From: a virus
Taxonomy: Duplodnaviria > Caudoviricetes
Virus record (IMG/VR): IMGVR_UViG_3300030376_001139
Span: 1 to 43,361 of that record
Reading direction: 5' to 3' (one strand)
DNA: 43,361 bases
Under the pieces are notes generated by a model that was given only the letters and a program-made list of their open reading frames with translations, was not told the DNA's origin and did not search any database. Positions 10,094 to 18,993 of this stretch are shown here, piece by piece (positions within the stretch are counted from its first letter, which is position 1; every line of letters starts with the position of its first letter). The position numbers and the translations under genes are program-made.

Positions 10094-11101
10094 GTGAGTG
10101 ACACAATAGGCGACCTAGTCGATAGGGTATATAGAGAATACCTAGAACCTGTAGATAAAGTAGAATCATATTCCTATTTATCATCTGGTATTAATGATTC
10201 TGTTGATTCAATTACCTATGATGGTAACTTATTTTCAATTGAAGAAGAAGATGCATTAGATGCTGGTGCAATTGTAGAAGTAGGACAAGAACTTATGTAC
10301 ACAACAGCTCTTGATGCTTCAGCTAATACTATTACTGTTAAAAGAGGTCAAAGAGGTACTACTGCTGCTGCACATTCAGCAGGAGATTTAATTAAAATAG
10401 CACCTGCATTTCCTCGTAAAAATGTATATGAAGCTATAGTTGACCAAATTAAAAACCTATACCCTACATTATTTGCAACAGAAACAATAGAGCTTACTGC
10501 TAGTACAGGTTATAAACTTTTAGGTACATACGGTAGTAATGTAGATACTTATAATTATTTAATAACACCTCTTAAAGCTATATCACAATATACAGATTGG
10601 CAAGCAGGTTCAGACCAAACAGGACTTAAATACAATGGTGTAGCTATAGAGATGATTGACCTACCTAATCCTTTTGTATACACAGATGACACATCAACAG
10701 AAAGAACTAAAACATATACAACAGGACCTGATGTTGTACACGCAGTACAATTTGTAAATATATCAGCAGGACATACTGTGTATGTAACATTTAAAAAGAA
10801 GTTTGTTACACCTACAGCAGAAACTACAACTTTAGCTTCAGTAGGTTTAGAAACAGAATATGAACCAATTGTTATGACAGGTACAGCTGCACAACTAATA
10901 GCAGGTAAAGATATATCTAAACTTAATGCATCTTATATAACAGAACAATTAGAAACAACTGTAAATCCTATAGGTAGTTCTAGTAGTGTTGGAAATAGTT
11001 TATTAAGATATCAGCAATTGTTAATACAACAAGCTCGTAGTAATTTAAGGTCTAAATTCCCTGAACCAGTACAACTTAATAGCATACTTTATCCAACCTA
11101 A
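10094..11101 (+). CDS. Putative head-tail adaptor / tail tubular protein
   Basis: GTG start with AGGAG RBS; contains the VGQELM...TVKRGQRGTTAAAH.AG virion-protein module; position before the nozzle-like gene. Confidence 0.55.
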   Translation: MSDTIGDLVDRVYREYLEPVDKVESYSYLSSGINDSVDSITYDGNLFSIEEEDALDAGAIVEVGQELMYTTALDASANTITVKRGQRGTTAAAHSAGDLIKIAPAFPRKNVYEAIVDQIKNLYPTLFATETIELTASTGYKLLGTYGSNVDTYNYLITPLKAISQYTDWQAGSDQTGLKYNGVAIEMIDLPNPFVYTDDTSTERTKTYTTGPDVVHAVQFVNISAGHTVYVTFKKKFVTPTAETTTLASVGLETEYEPIVMTGTAAQLIAGKDISKLNASYITEQLETTVNPIGSSSSVGNSLLRYQQLLIQQARSNLRSKFPEPVQLNSILYPT

Positions 11102-11241
11102 TGCCAGGTCCTTACAGTAATTCCAAAAGCATAGCTCATATTATGCCTGTATGGCAGGATAGAAATCGTAAAAATATGGGAACAAAATTAGATTCACCTG
11201 TGCATAAAGGACATCCTTTGAAAGTAGTTAAAGATGCCTAG
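11101..11241 (+). CDS. 46-aa peptide carrying the WQDRNxxNxGTKLD motif (absent from ORF track)
   Basis: MPGPYSNSKSIAHIMPVWQDRNRKNMGTKLDSPVHKGHPLKVVKDA; TAATG-coupled upstream and overlaps the next ATG; motif shared with two other ORFs. Confidence 0.75.
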   Translation: MPGPYSNSKSIAHIMPVWQDRNRKNMGTKLDSPVHKGHPLKVVKDA

Positions 11242-13201
11242 GATACCTACTACTGAGTTTATAGATAATCCTAAAAGATATGGATATGACGTACGTATAG
11301 ATAAATTGTTATTACGTGCAGCTATAAATCCTAATAATCCTATGACTATACAATCATCTGATGTACAAGCAGGACAAAATGTAAATGTTAAACAAAACCC
11401 TGAAGATTTTACATCTAACTTAGGTCGTATATATTCAAGAACTAATTTCTCATCAGGACAAGGACTTGATACTGCACATAGAACTAACGCTCAACCAGAC
11501 GATAACAATAGATTTTGGGATAGTAAAGGTATAGATGTATTTCATGGAGATGATGAAGTATCTTATAATATACATTTACTACATACAACATTGACACAAA
11601 ACAAATCTTTAGGTGGTGGTAATAATTATATGACACAAACTACTAATGGTGATATCTATGTAACTGATACTACAAACATACATAAGTATGATGGTACAAA
11701 CTGGACAACAATAGCTGCTGGTACATCTGGTGCTTCACATAACTTTACTGGTATAGCTGCATTTGGTAATGGTTTATATGCTACAACTAAAAATGGAACT
11801 TCTGGTTCACAATTAATTAAATTTGATGGTAGTTCTTGGAGTACATTAACTACTGCACAATCTAGTTCTGGTGGTTTAACAGGTGTATGGTATGTAAAGA
11901 ATAGATTATGGATATCAGGTAACGATGGAACAGCTGAGTATTTATGGGAAAGAAGTCCATTTGATGCATGGAATACAGGTTGGTTAGCTGATGCAGATAG
12001 TGTAGTAGAAATAGAACCTACACATAGTATTACTGGTGTTGTTGATGGTGGAGCTGCAGTATTAGCTTCAAGTACAGATGGTACTGTATATTCATTTAAA
12101 TTATCATCTACTACATCTGTATTTGTTAATCAAGGTCAAACAAAAATACCTTATGAGGAAGTACATTCAATAGCTGCTGCAGAAGGAATAATATTTATAG
12201 GTACTAAAGAAGTATCTAGAAATGTAGGACGTTTATATAAACTACAACTTGTTGCTGCTGATAATTTATATGTATTATCTGAAAGACAGTTAATAAAAGA
12301 ATGGGTAACAGCTGTAGATACAACACCTAAGTCAATGTTTGTGTCAAGAGATAGTGTTTATATAGGAATAAAAGAAGCAACTAATGAAACAAATTTGTGG
12401 CGATACTACCTACCTACAGGTGGTTTGGCTAGAGATTTGCAAACAGCTGGTAATGGTTTTGTAACTGGAATTGTACAAAGTAGTGGTAAATTTGTTATAT
12501 GTGTAGCAGGTTCTGATGTATATATAGAAACATCTACATACGAAACTACAGGTTATCTTATAACATCTGCAGCAGATTTCTTTACAGCTGAGTCAAAACA
12601 GTTTGTTGGTGCAGAAGTATCTACAAAAGAATTACCAGATAACACATCAGTAGAATTATTATTTAGTAATAACTTTGAAGATTTAGATACTCCAGGTAGT
12701 GCTAATTATGAAAGAGCTATTAACCAAGTGTCTGGTACAGGTGATACTGAAGTACAAATTAAACCGGTAGCAAGATATATTATTGGAAAATTAGTTTTAA
12801 ATTCTGATGGAGTGGATACACCTAAAGTTAAATCTTTACAGTTTAGAGCATTGGCTAGACCAGAACTTGTAGTTGCACAAATACCTATAAACATTAGTGA
12901 TAGAGTAGAAAGACCTGGTAGAACACCTATTAAGGTTAAAGAACTAGGAGATGCTTTATATAACGAACTTAGATTATTAGAAGGTGATGCTGTAACATTA
13001 GAAATATTTGACCCTAATGAAGTAATTAGAGGTGTTGTAGAATCTATTAGTTATCCTGTAATATCTAATACTGAACGTGGTTCAGTTACACAAATAGCAT
13101 TATTAACTGTACGTGGTACTAGACAAGCAACAGTGACACAACCTACAAGTGTTCATTTATTTGGTGGAGAAGTATTAGGTAGAATAAGATTTGGTGGATA
13201 A
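11234..13201 (+). CDS. Putative podoviral tail nozzle (beta-propeller) protein
   Basis: 655 aa with propeller-blade-like repeats (KYDGTNW, KFDGSSW); size and position typical of short-tail nozzles. Confidence 0.6.
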   Translation: MPRIPTTEFIDNPKRYGYDVRIDKLLLRAAINPNNPMTIQSSDVQAGQNVNVKQNPEDFTSNLGRIYSRTNFSSGQGLDTAHRTNAQPDDNNRFWDSKGIDVFHGDDEVSYNIHLLHTTLTQNKSLGGGNNYMTQTTNGDIYVTDTTNIHKYDGTNWTTIAAGTSGASHNFTGIAAFGNGLYATTKNGTSGSQLIKFDGSSWSTLTTAQSSSGGLTGVWYVKNRLWISGNDGTAEYLWERSPFDAWNTGWLADADSVVEIEPTHSITGVVDGGAAVLASSTDGTVYSFKLSSTTSVFVNQGQTKIPYEEVHSIAAAEGIIFIGTKEVSRNVGRLYKLQLVAADNLYVLSERQLIKEWVTAVDTTPKSMFVSRDSVYIGIKEATNETNLWRYYLPTGGLARDLQTAGNGFVTGIVQSSGKFVICVAGSDVYIETSTYETTGYLITSAADFFTAESKQFVGAEVSTKELPDNTSVELLFSNNFEDLDTPGSANYERAINQVSGTGDTEVQIKPVARYIIGKLVLNSDGVDTPKVKSLQFRALARPELVVAQIPINISDRVERPGRTPIKVKELGDALYNELRLLEGDAVTLEIFDPNEVIRGVVESISYPVISNTERGSVTQIALLTVRGTRQATVTQPTSVHLFGGEVLGRIRFGG

Positions 13202-13225
13202 AAAAAATATGCTAGGATATAAATT

Positions 13226-13405
13226 ATGTCAATATTGATAATGCTTAAAGAAGGTGGTAGTCTAGACATAGATACTATTGGTAACTTACCTATAGATGAA
13301 GATTTAGATTTTACTGACGATGTTGAATATTCTGCTATAATCGGACTAGCAAGTTTTGGATTTTCAACTCTTGGTAAAACAGTTAACACGGAGAAAATAG
13401 CTTAA
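13226..13405 (+). CDS. 59-aa small tail-module protein (absent from ORF track)
   Basis: MSILIMLKEGGSLDIDTIGNLPIDEDLDF...GLASFGFSTLGKTVNTEKIA; fills the gap and is TAATG-coupled to 13405; TGCTAGGAT lies 7 nt upstream. Confidence 0.65.
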   Translation: MSILIMLKEGGSLDIDTIGNLPIDEDLDFTDDVEYSAIIGLASFGFSTLGKTVNTEKIA

Positions 13406-14382
13406 TGACATTACAAATAGCAAAATATAGTAACTTTTTTGAAACAACATTAGATGGTGCAGTAGGTGCATCAGACACACAATTAGATTTATCAGCAGCT
13501 CCAACAGATGGAGCTTCAGCTATAGCAGCTCCTTTTTATTTAGTTGTTAACCCTGATAGTACTTCTAAAAGAGAAGTTATATTAGTAACTGCACTTTCTG
13601 GTACTAATATGCAAACAGTAACTAGAGATGTAGAAGGTAGACATTCACCAAACCCTACACATGATGATGGTGCAACAGTACGTATGGCTGTAGTTGGTGA
13701 GATGTTTGAAGACTTACACGATAGAATTAATGACGTAGCTTTAACAGGTGACGTTACGGGTACATTAGCATCAGCTACACAAGATGTAGCTACAACAATC
13801 GCTGCAGGTGCAGTAGATTTTGCTATGATAAATCAAGGTGATTTAATTACACAATCAGAAACTATTACATCAAATGATAGTGATACAAAGATACCTACAA
13901 CAGCAGCAGTTAAAAACTATGCAGATGCAGAAACAGCTACCCTTACAAATAAAACATTAGGTGCTGTTACTTTATCAGGTGCTGTGACAGGTGGCGACCA
14001 AACAATAGCAGCAGTGGCATTAAAAGATTATGCTGAAACAGACCAAGATGTAACATCTCAGGCAGAATTAGCAATTAATTTAGCTAATGGTAATACAGGT
14101 TCAGTTACATTAGCACATTCTGTTACTGATATAGATTTTACAAATGTACCAGCTGCAGGAATATCAACTTTTACTTTAATCGTTACACAAGATGGCACAG
14201 GTTCTAGAACTATGGCTATTAACAAAACAACTGTAAATGGTCAAGCTGAAACTGCGGGTAAAACACCCAATGCAGGTGGATTAACATTAAGTACAGCTGC
14301 AGGTTCAATAGATGTTGTTACATTTATATTTCAAGATGCAGGCACAAGAGTTCTTATAATTCCACAACTAGCATTCGGGTAA
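13405..14382 (+). CDS. Tail fibre protein
   Basis: N-terminal ETTL...EVILVT...VTRDVEG module, LTGDVTG repeat, C-terminal TLIVTQDGTGSRT...TLSTAAGSIDVVTF domain common in phage fibres. Confidence 0.7.
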   Translation: MTLQIAKYSNFFETTLDGAVGASDTQLDLSAAPTDGASAIAAPFYLVVNPDSTSKREVILVTALSGTNMQTVTRDVEGRHSPNPTHDDGATVRMAVVGEMFEDLHDRINDVALTGDVTGTLASATQDVATTIAAGAVDFAMINQGDLITQSETITSNDSDTKIPTTAAVKNYADAETATLTNKTLGAVTLSGAVTGGDQTIAAVALKDYAETDQDVTSQAELAINLANGNTGSVTLAHSVTDIDFTNVPAAGISTFTLIVTQDGTGSRTMAINKTTVNGQAETAGKTPNAGGLTLSTAAGSIDVVTFIFQDAGTRVLIIPQLAFG

Positions 14383-14385
14383 CAC

Positions 14386-15534
14386 ATGGCACCATTAGGA
14401 ATTGCTAGAAGCTTAATCACTTCAGGTGGAGAGCTACCTTACGAAGGTAATACTACTTCTGCTGATTTGTTATGGCACATGAAAAAATATGAACATGGTA
14501 CTTCTACTGCAAATGTATCTGGTGGTTTTAATGTTAATGGTGTAACACTTGTTATGGAAGGTTCAAGAGTAGATGGTGATACTACATTAACAGGTAACTT
14601 AAATGTTAACTCTGGTACTGCAGATAGTCTTGGTACAGCTGTTACATACAATGGTAATTTAACTATTAATGCAGGTGCTACTTTATCTACATCTGCTAGA
14701 AAAAGAGGATTATATATTTTTGTTGATGGAAATTTAACTGTTAATGGTTCTATATCAATGCAACATAGAGGTGCTGATAATCAAGCTAATCAAAATATAC
14801 AAATTAATAATGGTTCAGGTTTACATAAAGTAGGAGGAAGTACAACAATAGCAACTGCTGGTTCTGCTGCAGGTGGTGCTAGTGGTAACACTGGTGGTGC
14901 TGGAAGTAACACTACAACTGCATTAACTGCAGGTGGTGGTGGAGCAGGTGGTAATGGTTGTACATCTGGTGGTTCAGGTGCAAGTGGTTCTAGCTTTACA
15001 GGAGGTTCTGGTGGTGGAGGACACGGAAGGTCTAACTATGGTTGTGGTTCTGGTGGAGGTTCTGCAGGAACTTTAGGTAATGCTGGTGGTAATGGTGGTA
15101 ATGGACATAATGCTGACTGGTCACAATCAACAGGTGGTTCTGGTGGTGCAGGTAATCCTGGTGGTAGCGGTGGTAGTGGTTATCAAAATGCTTATTCACA
15201 TGGTGCAAGTGGAGGAAATGGTACTGGTGGATTACTCGTTGTGTATGCAACAGGAAATCTTACAGTAGCTTCTGGTGGAAGTATTACAACAGTTGGACAA
15301 CAAGGTGGAACTGGAGATAGAACTTGTAACAATGGTGCAGGTAACTGTGATGGCGGTGGTGGAGGTGCTTCTGGTGGAGGTATCTTAGTAGCTATATGTG
15401 GAGGTACTTATTCTAATAGTGGTACTGTAACATCAGCTGGTGGTGCTCAATCAGGTGCAGGAAGCTCTTGCTCAGGTTGTTATGGTAGAGCTGGTGGTGC
15501 TGGAGGATTACTCGTTGGAGGAGGATATAAATAA
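14386..15534 (+). CDS. Glycine-rich fibre tip / receptor-binding adhesin
   Basis: Extensive GxG/GGxGG tracts flanked by NLTV beta strands; follows the fibre gene. Confidence 0.7.
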   Translation: MAPLGIARSLITSGGELPYEGNTTSADLLWHMKKYEHGTSTANVSGGFNVNGVTLVMEGSRVDGDTTLTGNLNVNSGTADSLGTAVTYNGNLTINAGATLSTSARKRGLYIFVDGNLTVNGSISMQHRGADNQANQNIQINNGSGLHKVGGSTTIATAGSAAGGASGNTGGAGSNTTTALTAGGGGAGGNGCTSGGSGASGSSFTGGSGGGGHGRSNYGCGSGGGSAGTLGNAGGNGGNGHNADWSQSTGGSGGAGNPGGSGGSGYQNAYSHGASGGNGTGGLLVVYATGNLTVASGGSITTVGQQGGTGDRTCNNGAGNCDGGGGGASGGGILVAICGGTYSNSGTVTSAGGAQSGAGSSCSGCYGRAGGAGGLLVGGGYK

Positions 15535-16112
15535 TGAAATTAATTTATGATACAAATAATGAAGAACATAGAAATTATGCTGCTGCTCAATTAACAGAAG
15601 CAGATACAAGTGTAAATGAAATTTTACCACAACCTGTATGGGAGTTTGATGCTCCAGCTTTTTCTTTTAATCATGTTATTACTTCTTCTATACCTACACA
15701 CCCAGATGATGTTGGTTCAGATACACAAGTTTGGTTACCGAACACTGATGATACTATTACTAATGAACAAGCATTCGCTACTTATTGTGTAAGAAATGGT
15801 GGACAAGTTTTAAGCAATGTCTCTAATTTAGTAGAAGGTACATATAGTGATTGTAGTGTGTATGGAATAGACAAACCTACATGGGCAGAAGTACAAACAG
15901 AAAAAACATATCTTGAATCTGTTGTTACTGCAAAGAATGGAGATGGTGACATATCATCAGTAGATAAAACTATAACTGTTCCTCATAATGTAAATGCACA
16001 TACTGCAAGAAAGTATTTTGAAGATAGAGATGGTGCTGTTGCTTTTCAAACAAATTTAGATAATGCTGATGCACCAATAGAAAATCCTTATATAACTTTA
16101 GACAGCTACTAA
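15534..16112 (+). CDS. Hypothetical protein, possible fibre-associated/assembly factor
   Basis: 192 aa, coupled to the adhesin gene; KPTWAEV segment resembles fibre-chaperone motifs. Confidence 0.45.
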   Translation: MKLIYDTNNEEHRNYAAAQLTEADTSVNEILPQPVWEFDAPAFSFNHVITSSIPTHPDDVGSDTQVWLPNTDDTITNEQAFATYCVRNGGQVLSNVSNLVEGTYSDCSVYGIDKPTWAEVQTEKTYLESVVTAKNGDGDISSVDKTITVPHNVNAHTARKYFEDRDGAVAFQTNLDNADAPIENPYITLDSY

Positions 16113-16121
16113 ACTAAGGCT

Positions 16122-17264
16122 ATGACCTTAGATGTTGAATATCGTAATGAGTTAGTTACTTTTTTACCTAAAATACCTAAGATATCAATTATTGGTAAAG
16201 GAACTGCAGGTTTATTAACAGCTGTACATTTTCTTAGATTCTATGATTTATATAATTGTAAGTTAGAAATTATATATGACCCTGATACCAATCATTTATT
16301 AGATATAGGTGAAAGTGTTAATGCTGCTGTACCTGCTCAGTTGTGGGGTATAGGTATTGATATGAGTTATGCTGATAAATTAGGCTTTACTCCTAAGTTT
16401 GGTATTAAATATAATGACTTTGGTAATAAAAATTTTATACATCCATTCCCTACTAATGTAACATCATTACATATTGATAGTCATTTGTTTACTAAAGAGT
16501 TATTAAAGATACTAGAACAAAGAGGTGTAGAAATAACTGAAAAGAAAGTTACAAATTACAATGACATAGATGCTGATTATGTTATTGATTGCAGTGGCTT
16601 TCCTAAAGATAAAGAAAATATAACTTATACTCCGTATATACCTGTTAATGCTGCAGTTATAACTTCTGAAAATACTATTAGTAATGATTATTATACTCAT
16701 CATACAGCTATGCCTTATGGTTGGAAGTGGCAGATACCTTTGTTAGATAGAATTTCTTATGGTCATTTGTATAACAAAGACATAGATACACCAGATATAC
16801 AAGGAAAAGTAATAGAGTTTGATAGTTATTACAGAGAAGAAATGTTTGATGGAAGAGTATTGCACAATGGATTAAATGGTTTCTTTTTAGAACCTATGGA
16901 AGGTACAGCTTTAACTGTCACAGAAAATATTAATAGACATCTTATGGACCATATAATATATAAATTACCTGTACAAGAAGTTAATGAAAATATTGTTAAA
17001 CATATTAAAGAAGTAGAAACAACTGTAGTAATGCATTACCTTAAAGGTAGTAAATACAATACTCCATTCTGGAACTTAGCTCAAGATATAGCAGTATCTA
17101 ACTTTAAAACAATTGGTGATGAATTAAAGAATGCAATTATGTCACACTATATTGATGATTGTAAATGTAATGATAAACAAGATGCTTACAACTATGGTTT
17201 ATGGGATTACAATAGTATAAGATATAATGTAGAAGGATTAGAAATAACCCTATCTGATATTTAA
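16122..17264 (+). CDS. Tryptophan-halogenase-like flavoprotein (PrnA family)
   Basis: GxGxAG (GKGTAG), IGES, PKFGI (catalytic-Lys position), IDCSGF, GWKWQIP (WxWxIP) and FLEPME motifs. Confidence 0.85.
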   Translation: MTLDVEYRNELVTFLPKIPKISIIGKGTAGLLTAVHFLRFYDLYNCKLEIIYDPDTNHLLDIGESVNAAVPAQLWGIGIDMSYADKLGFTPKFGIKYNDFGNKNFIHPFPTNVTSLHIDSHLFTKELLKILEQRGVEITEKKVTNYNDIDADYVIDCSGFPKDKENITYTPYIPVNAAVITSENTISNDYYTHHTAMPYGWKWQIPLLDRISYGHLYNKDIDTPDIQGKVIEFDSYYREEMFDGRVLHNGLNGFFLEPMEGTALTVTENINRHLMDHIIYKLPVQEVNENIVKHIKEVETTVVMHYLKGSKYNTPFWNLAQDIAVSNFKTIGDELKNAIMSHYIDDCKCNDKQDAYNYGLWDYNSIRYNVEGLEITLSDI

Positions 17265-17266
17265 TA

Positions 17267-17275
17267 TGCTATAAT
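17267..17275 (+). promoter_or_regulatory. Extended -10 promoter TGCTATAAT (leaderless configuration)
   Basis: Perfect motif, 7 nt before ATG 17283, no RBS in between. Confidence 0.7.
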
Positions 17276-17282
17276 CCGATTT

Positions 17283-17393
17283 ATGGATTATATAGTAGGA
17301 TTTTTATTAGGTTATTTTGTAAAAGAAATAATTATAATTCTAAAACAATTAAGTAACAATAATCATTCAAATGAATGGGAATGGGATAAATGA
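17283..17393 (+). CDS. 36-aa membrane peptide (absent from ORF track)
   Basis: MDYIVGFLLGYFVKEIIIILKQLSNNNHSNEWEWDK; ATGA overlap with 17390. Confidence 0.55.
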   Translation: MDYIVGFLLGYFVKEIIIILKQLSNNNHSNEWEWDK

Positions 17394-17602
17394 AACAACA
17401 AGTTAATCTAGGTCAAGTACTGCAAGGTGGATTAGCTGCATTGGTGGGATGGTTATTTAAAACAGTCAATGACTTACAACAAGAAGTAGCTGTACTTATG
17501 GTACAGATAACAGATGCTAAAGATGATTTAATATCTTTAGCTATTAGAGAACAAGAAATAAATTCAGCAATAACAGAGATATTAATTAAGTTAGGTGGAT
17601 AG
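17390..17602 (+). CDS. Membrane-anchored coiled-coil protein (lysis region)
   Basis: N-terminal hydrophobic helix followed by heptad pattern. Confidence 0.55.
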   Translation: MKQQVNLGQVLQGGLAALVGWLFKTVNDLQQEVAVLMVQITDAKDDLISLAIREQEINSAITEILIKLGG

Positions 17603-18135
17603 TGCTTGACAAGTTACGAAAAAACATTGGTTTGGTTCTGGGTGTTTTTACTATGTTGGGTGCTCTTGCTGGAGGGATTAACACGGCTGGTAGAATGGTT
17701 GATACCTTATCTACTATCGATGAACGAGTATCTAATCTCGAAAATATAATAGCTGAAAATCAAGTAGAAGCACAGATATCTGTGTTGTATGAAAAGATAT
17801 ATCAATTAGAACAATCTACTTATGATAGTCAATACTTAGAAGATAGAGTATTAATACTAGAACAACAAGTATATGATTTAGATACAAAATTATATGACGT
17901 AGAGTATATAGAAGATAGACTTACCTTTTTAGAAGCTAATCAAAGTAATCATTATCACGATACACAAGACAATAATAGTGTAGATTCGTGGGAGTTTGAC
18001 CAACTTAAAGATAGAGTATTAATATTAGAGACACAATTTAATGACAAATGGTGGAAGTTTGATGATTTTGATTATAGAATAGACGATATAAGAAATCAAG
18101 TAGATGACTTATGGTCGTATACACACGGTCATTAA
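17602..18135 (+). CDS. Membrane-anchored coiled-coil protein with internal repeats
   Basis: N-terminal TM helix; repeats LEDRVLILE / IEDRLTFLE / LKDRVLILE. Confidence 0.6.
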   Translation: MLDKLRKNIGLVLGVFTMLGALAGGINTAGRMVDTLSTIDERVSNLENIIAENQVEAQISVLYEKIYQLEQSTYDSQYLEDRVLILEQQVYDLDTKLYDVEYIEDRLTFLEANQSNHYHDTQDNNSVDSWEFDQLKDRVLILETQFNDKWWKFDDFDYRIDDIRNQVDDLWSYTHGH

Positions 18136-18141
18136 TGATAA

Positions 18142-18276
18142 ATGAAAGAGAAGATGGTAGCTTTATTAAGATTTGTAATTGCAAGTATGGCGATATTAGC
18201 TGTTCTTGTGAATTGGTTAATGGCACCTTTGACAGTATACTTAGTACGTAAAGAAAGCAAGATTGAGAAAGTATAA
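18142..18276 (+). CDS. 44-aa transmembrane peptide (absent from ORF track)
   Basis: MKEKMVALLRFVIASMAILAVLVNWLMAPLTVYLVRKESKIEKV; TAATG-coupled to 18276; an alternative frame 18135-18251 also exists. Confidence 0.4.
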   Translation: MKEKMVALLRFVIASMAILAVLVNWLMAPLTVYLVRKESKIEKV

Positions 18277-18428
18277 TGGCGTTACCTGGAGCTTATGTTG
18301 CAAGAAGTAATACAACTGGTGAGTATTGTGGTAATTGCAAACATTATCTTAATAACTATTGCATTAAATTCGAAGAACAAGTAGCACCCGGAGGATGGTG
18401 TGCTGTATGGGAGCCATATGAAATTTGA
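18276..18428 (+). CDS. 50-aa HiPIP-like (4Fe-4S signature) protein (absent from ORF track)
   Basis: MALPGAYVARSNTTGEYCGNCKHYLNNYCIKFEEQVAPGGWCAVWEPYEI: CxxC, then C-x6-V-x3-G-W-C-x2-W. Confidence 0.75.
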   Translation: MALPGAYVARSNTTGEYCGNCKHYLNNYCIKFEEQVAPGGWCAVWEPYEI

Positions 18429-18993
18429 AGTATTAAGATTTAGTAGTCAAAAAGACTCGACATCTGGGATATTGTTTGATGTTAGTAATAATAAACGTAC
18501 ATTTATGTGCTACACATTAGAAGATGAACAACGTGATGTTAAAGTTTGGGGTGAAACACGTATACCTGCTGGTACATATAAGCTTAAACTACGTACTGAA
18601 GGCGGATTTCATAGTAGATATGTAGCTAAATATAGTAAAGATTTTCACAAAGGTATGATATGGGTACAAGATGTACCAGGATTTGAGTACATACTATGGC
18701 ATACAGGTAATACTGATGAGCATACAGCAGGTTGTTTAATAATGGGTAACACACAGACAAGTAATATTATACAGAAAGACGGCTTTGTAGGCTCTAGTGT
18801 TGATGCATATAAACTTGTATATCCACGTGTTGCTGAAGCTATAGAGTCTGGACAGGAAGTAACAGTAACTTATATAGATTATGATGGTGATTTAAAAGAT
18901 AAACCAGCTGAAGATGTTATGGAAAAACTTGAAGAGATAAGTGGTGAAGTTCAAACTTTGTCTGCTAAACTAGACGGCAGGAGAATTACATGA
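18418..18993 (+). CDS. DUF5675 L,D-transpeptidase-like protein, probable endolysin
   Basis: STSG.L...CYTLED...TRIPAGTY...VPGFEYILWHTGNT...TAGCLIMG with the His/Cys pair; ATG 18418 preferred over 18400. Confidence 0.8.
   Translation: MKFEVLRFSSQKDSTSGILFDVSNNKRTFMCYTLEDEQRDVKVWGETRIPAGTYKLKLRTEGGFHSRYVAKYSKDFHKGMIWVQDVPGFEYILWHTGNTDEHTAGCLIMGNTQTSNIIQKDGFVGSSVDAYKLVYPRVAEAIESGQEVTVTYIDYDGDLKDKPAEDVMEKLEEISGEVQTLSAKLDGRRIT

Noticed and set aside
14860-15520. GGT/GGA-rich tracts as DNA repeats or an array, and His-rich ORFs on the opposite strand
   Set aside because: They are glycine codons of the adhesin; the alternative ORFs are shadows.
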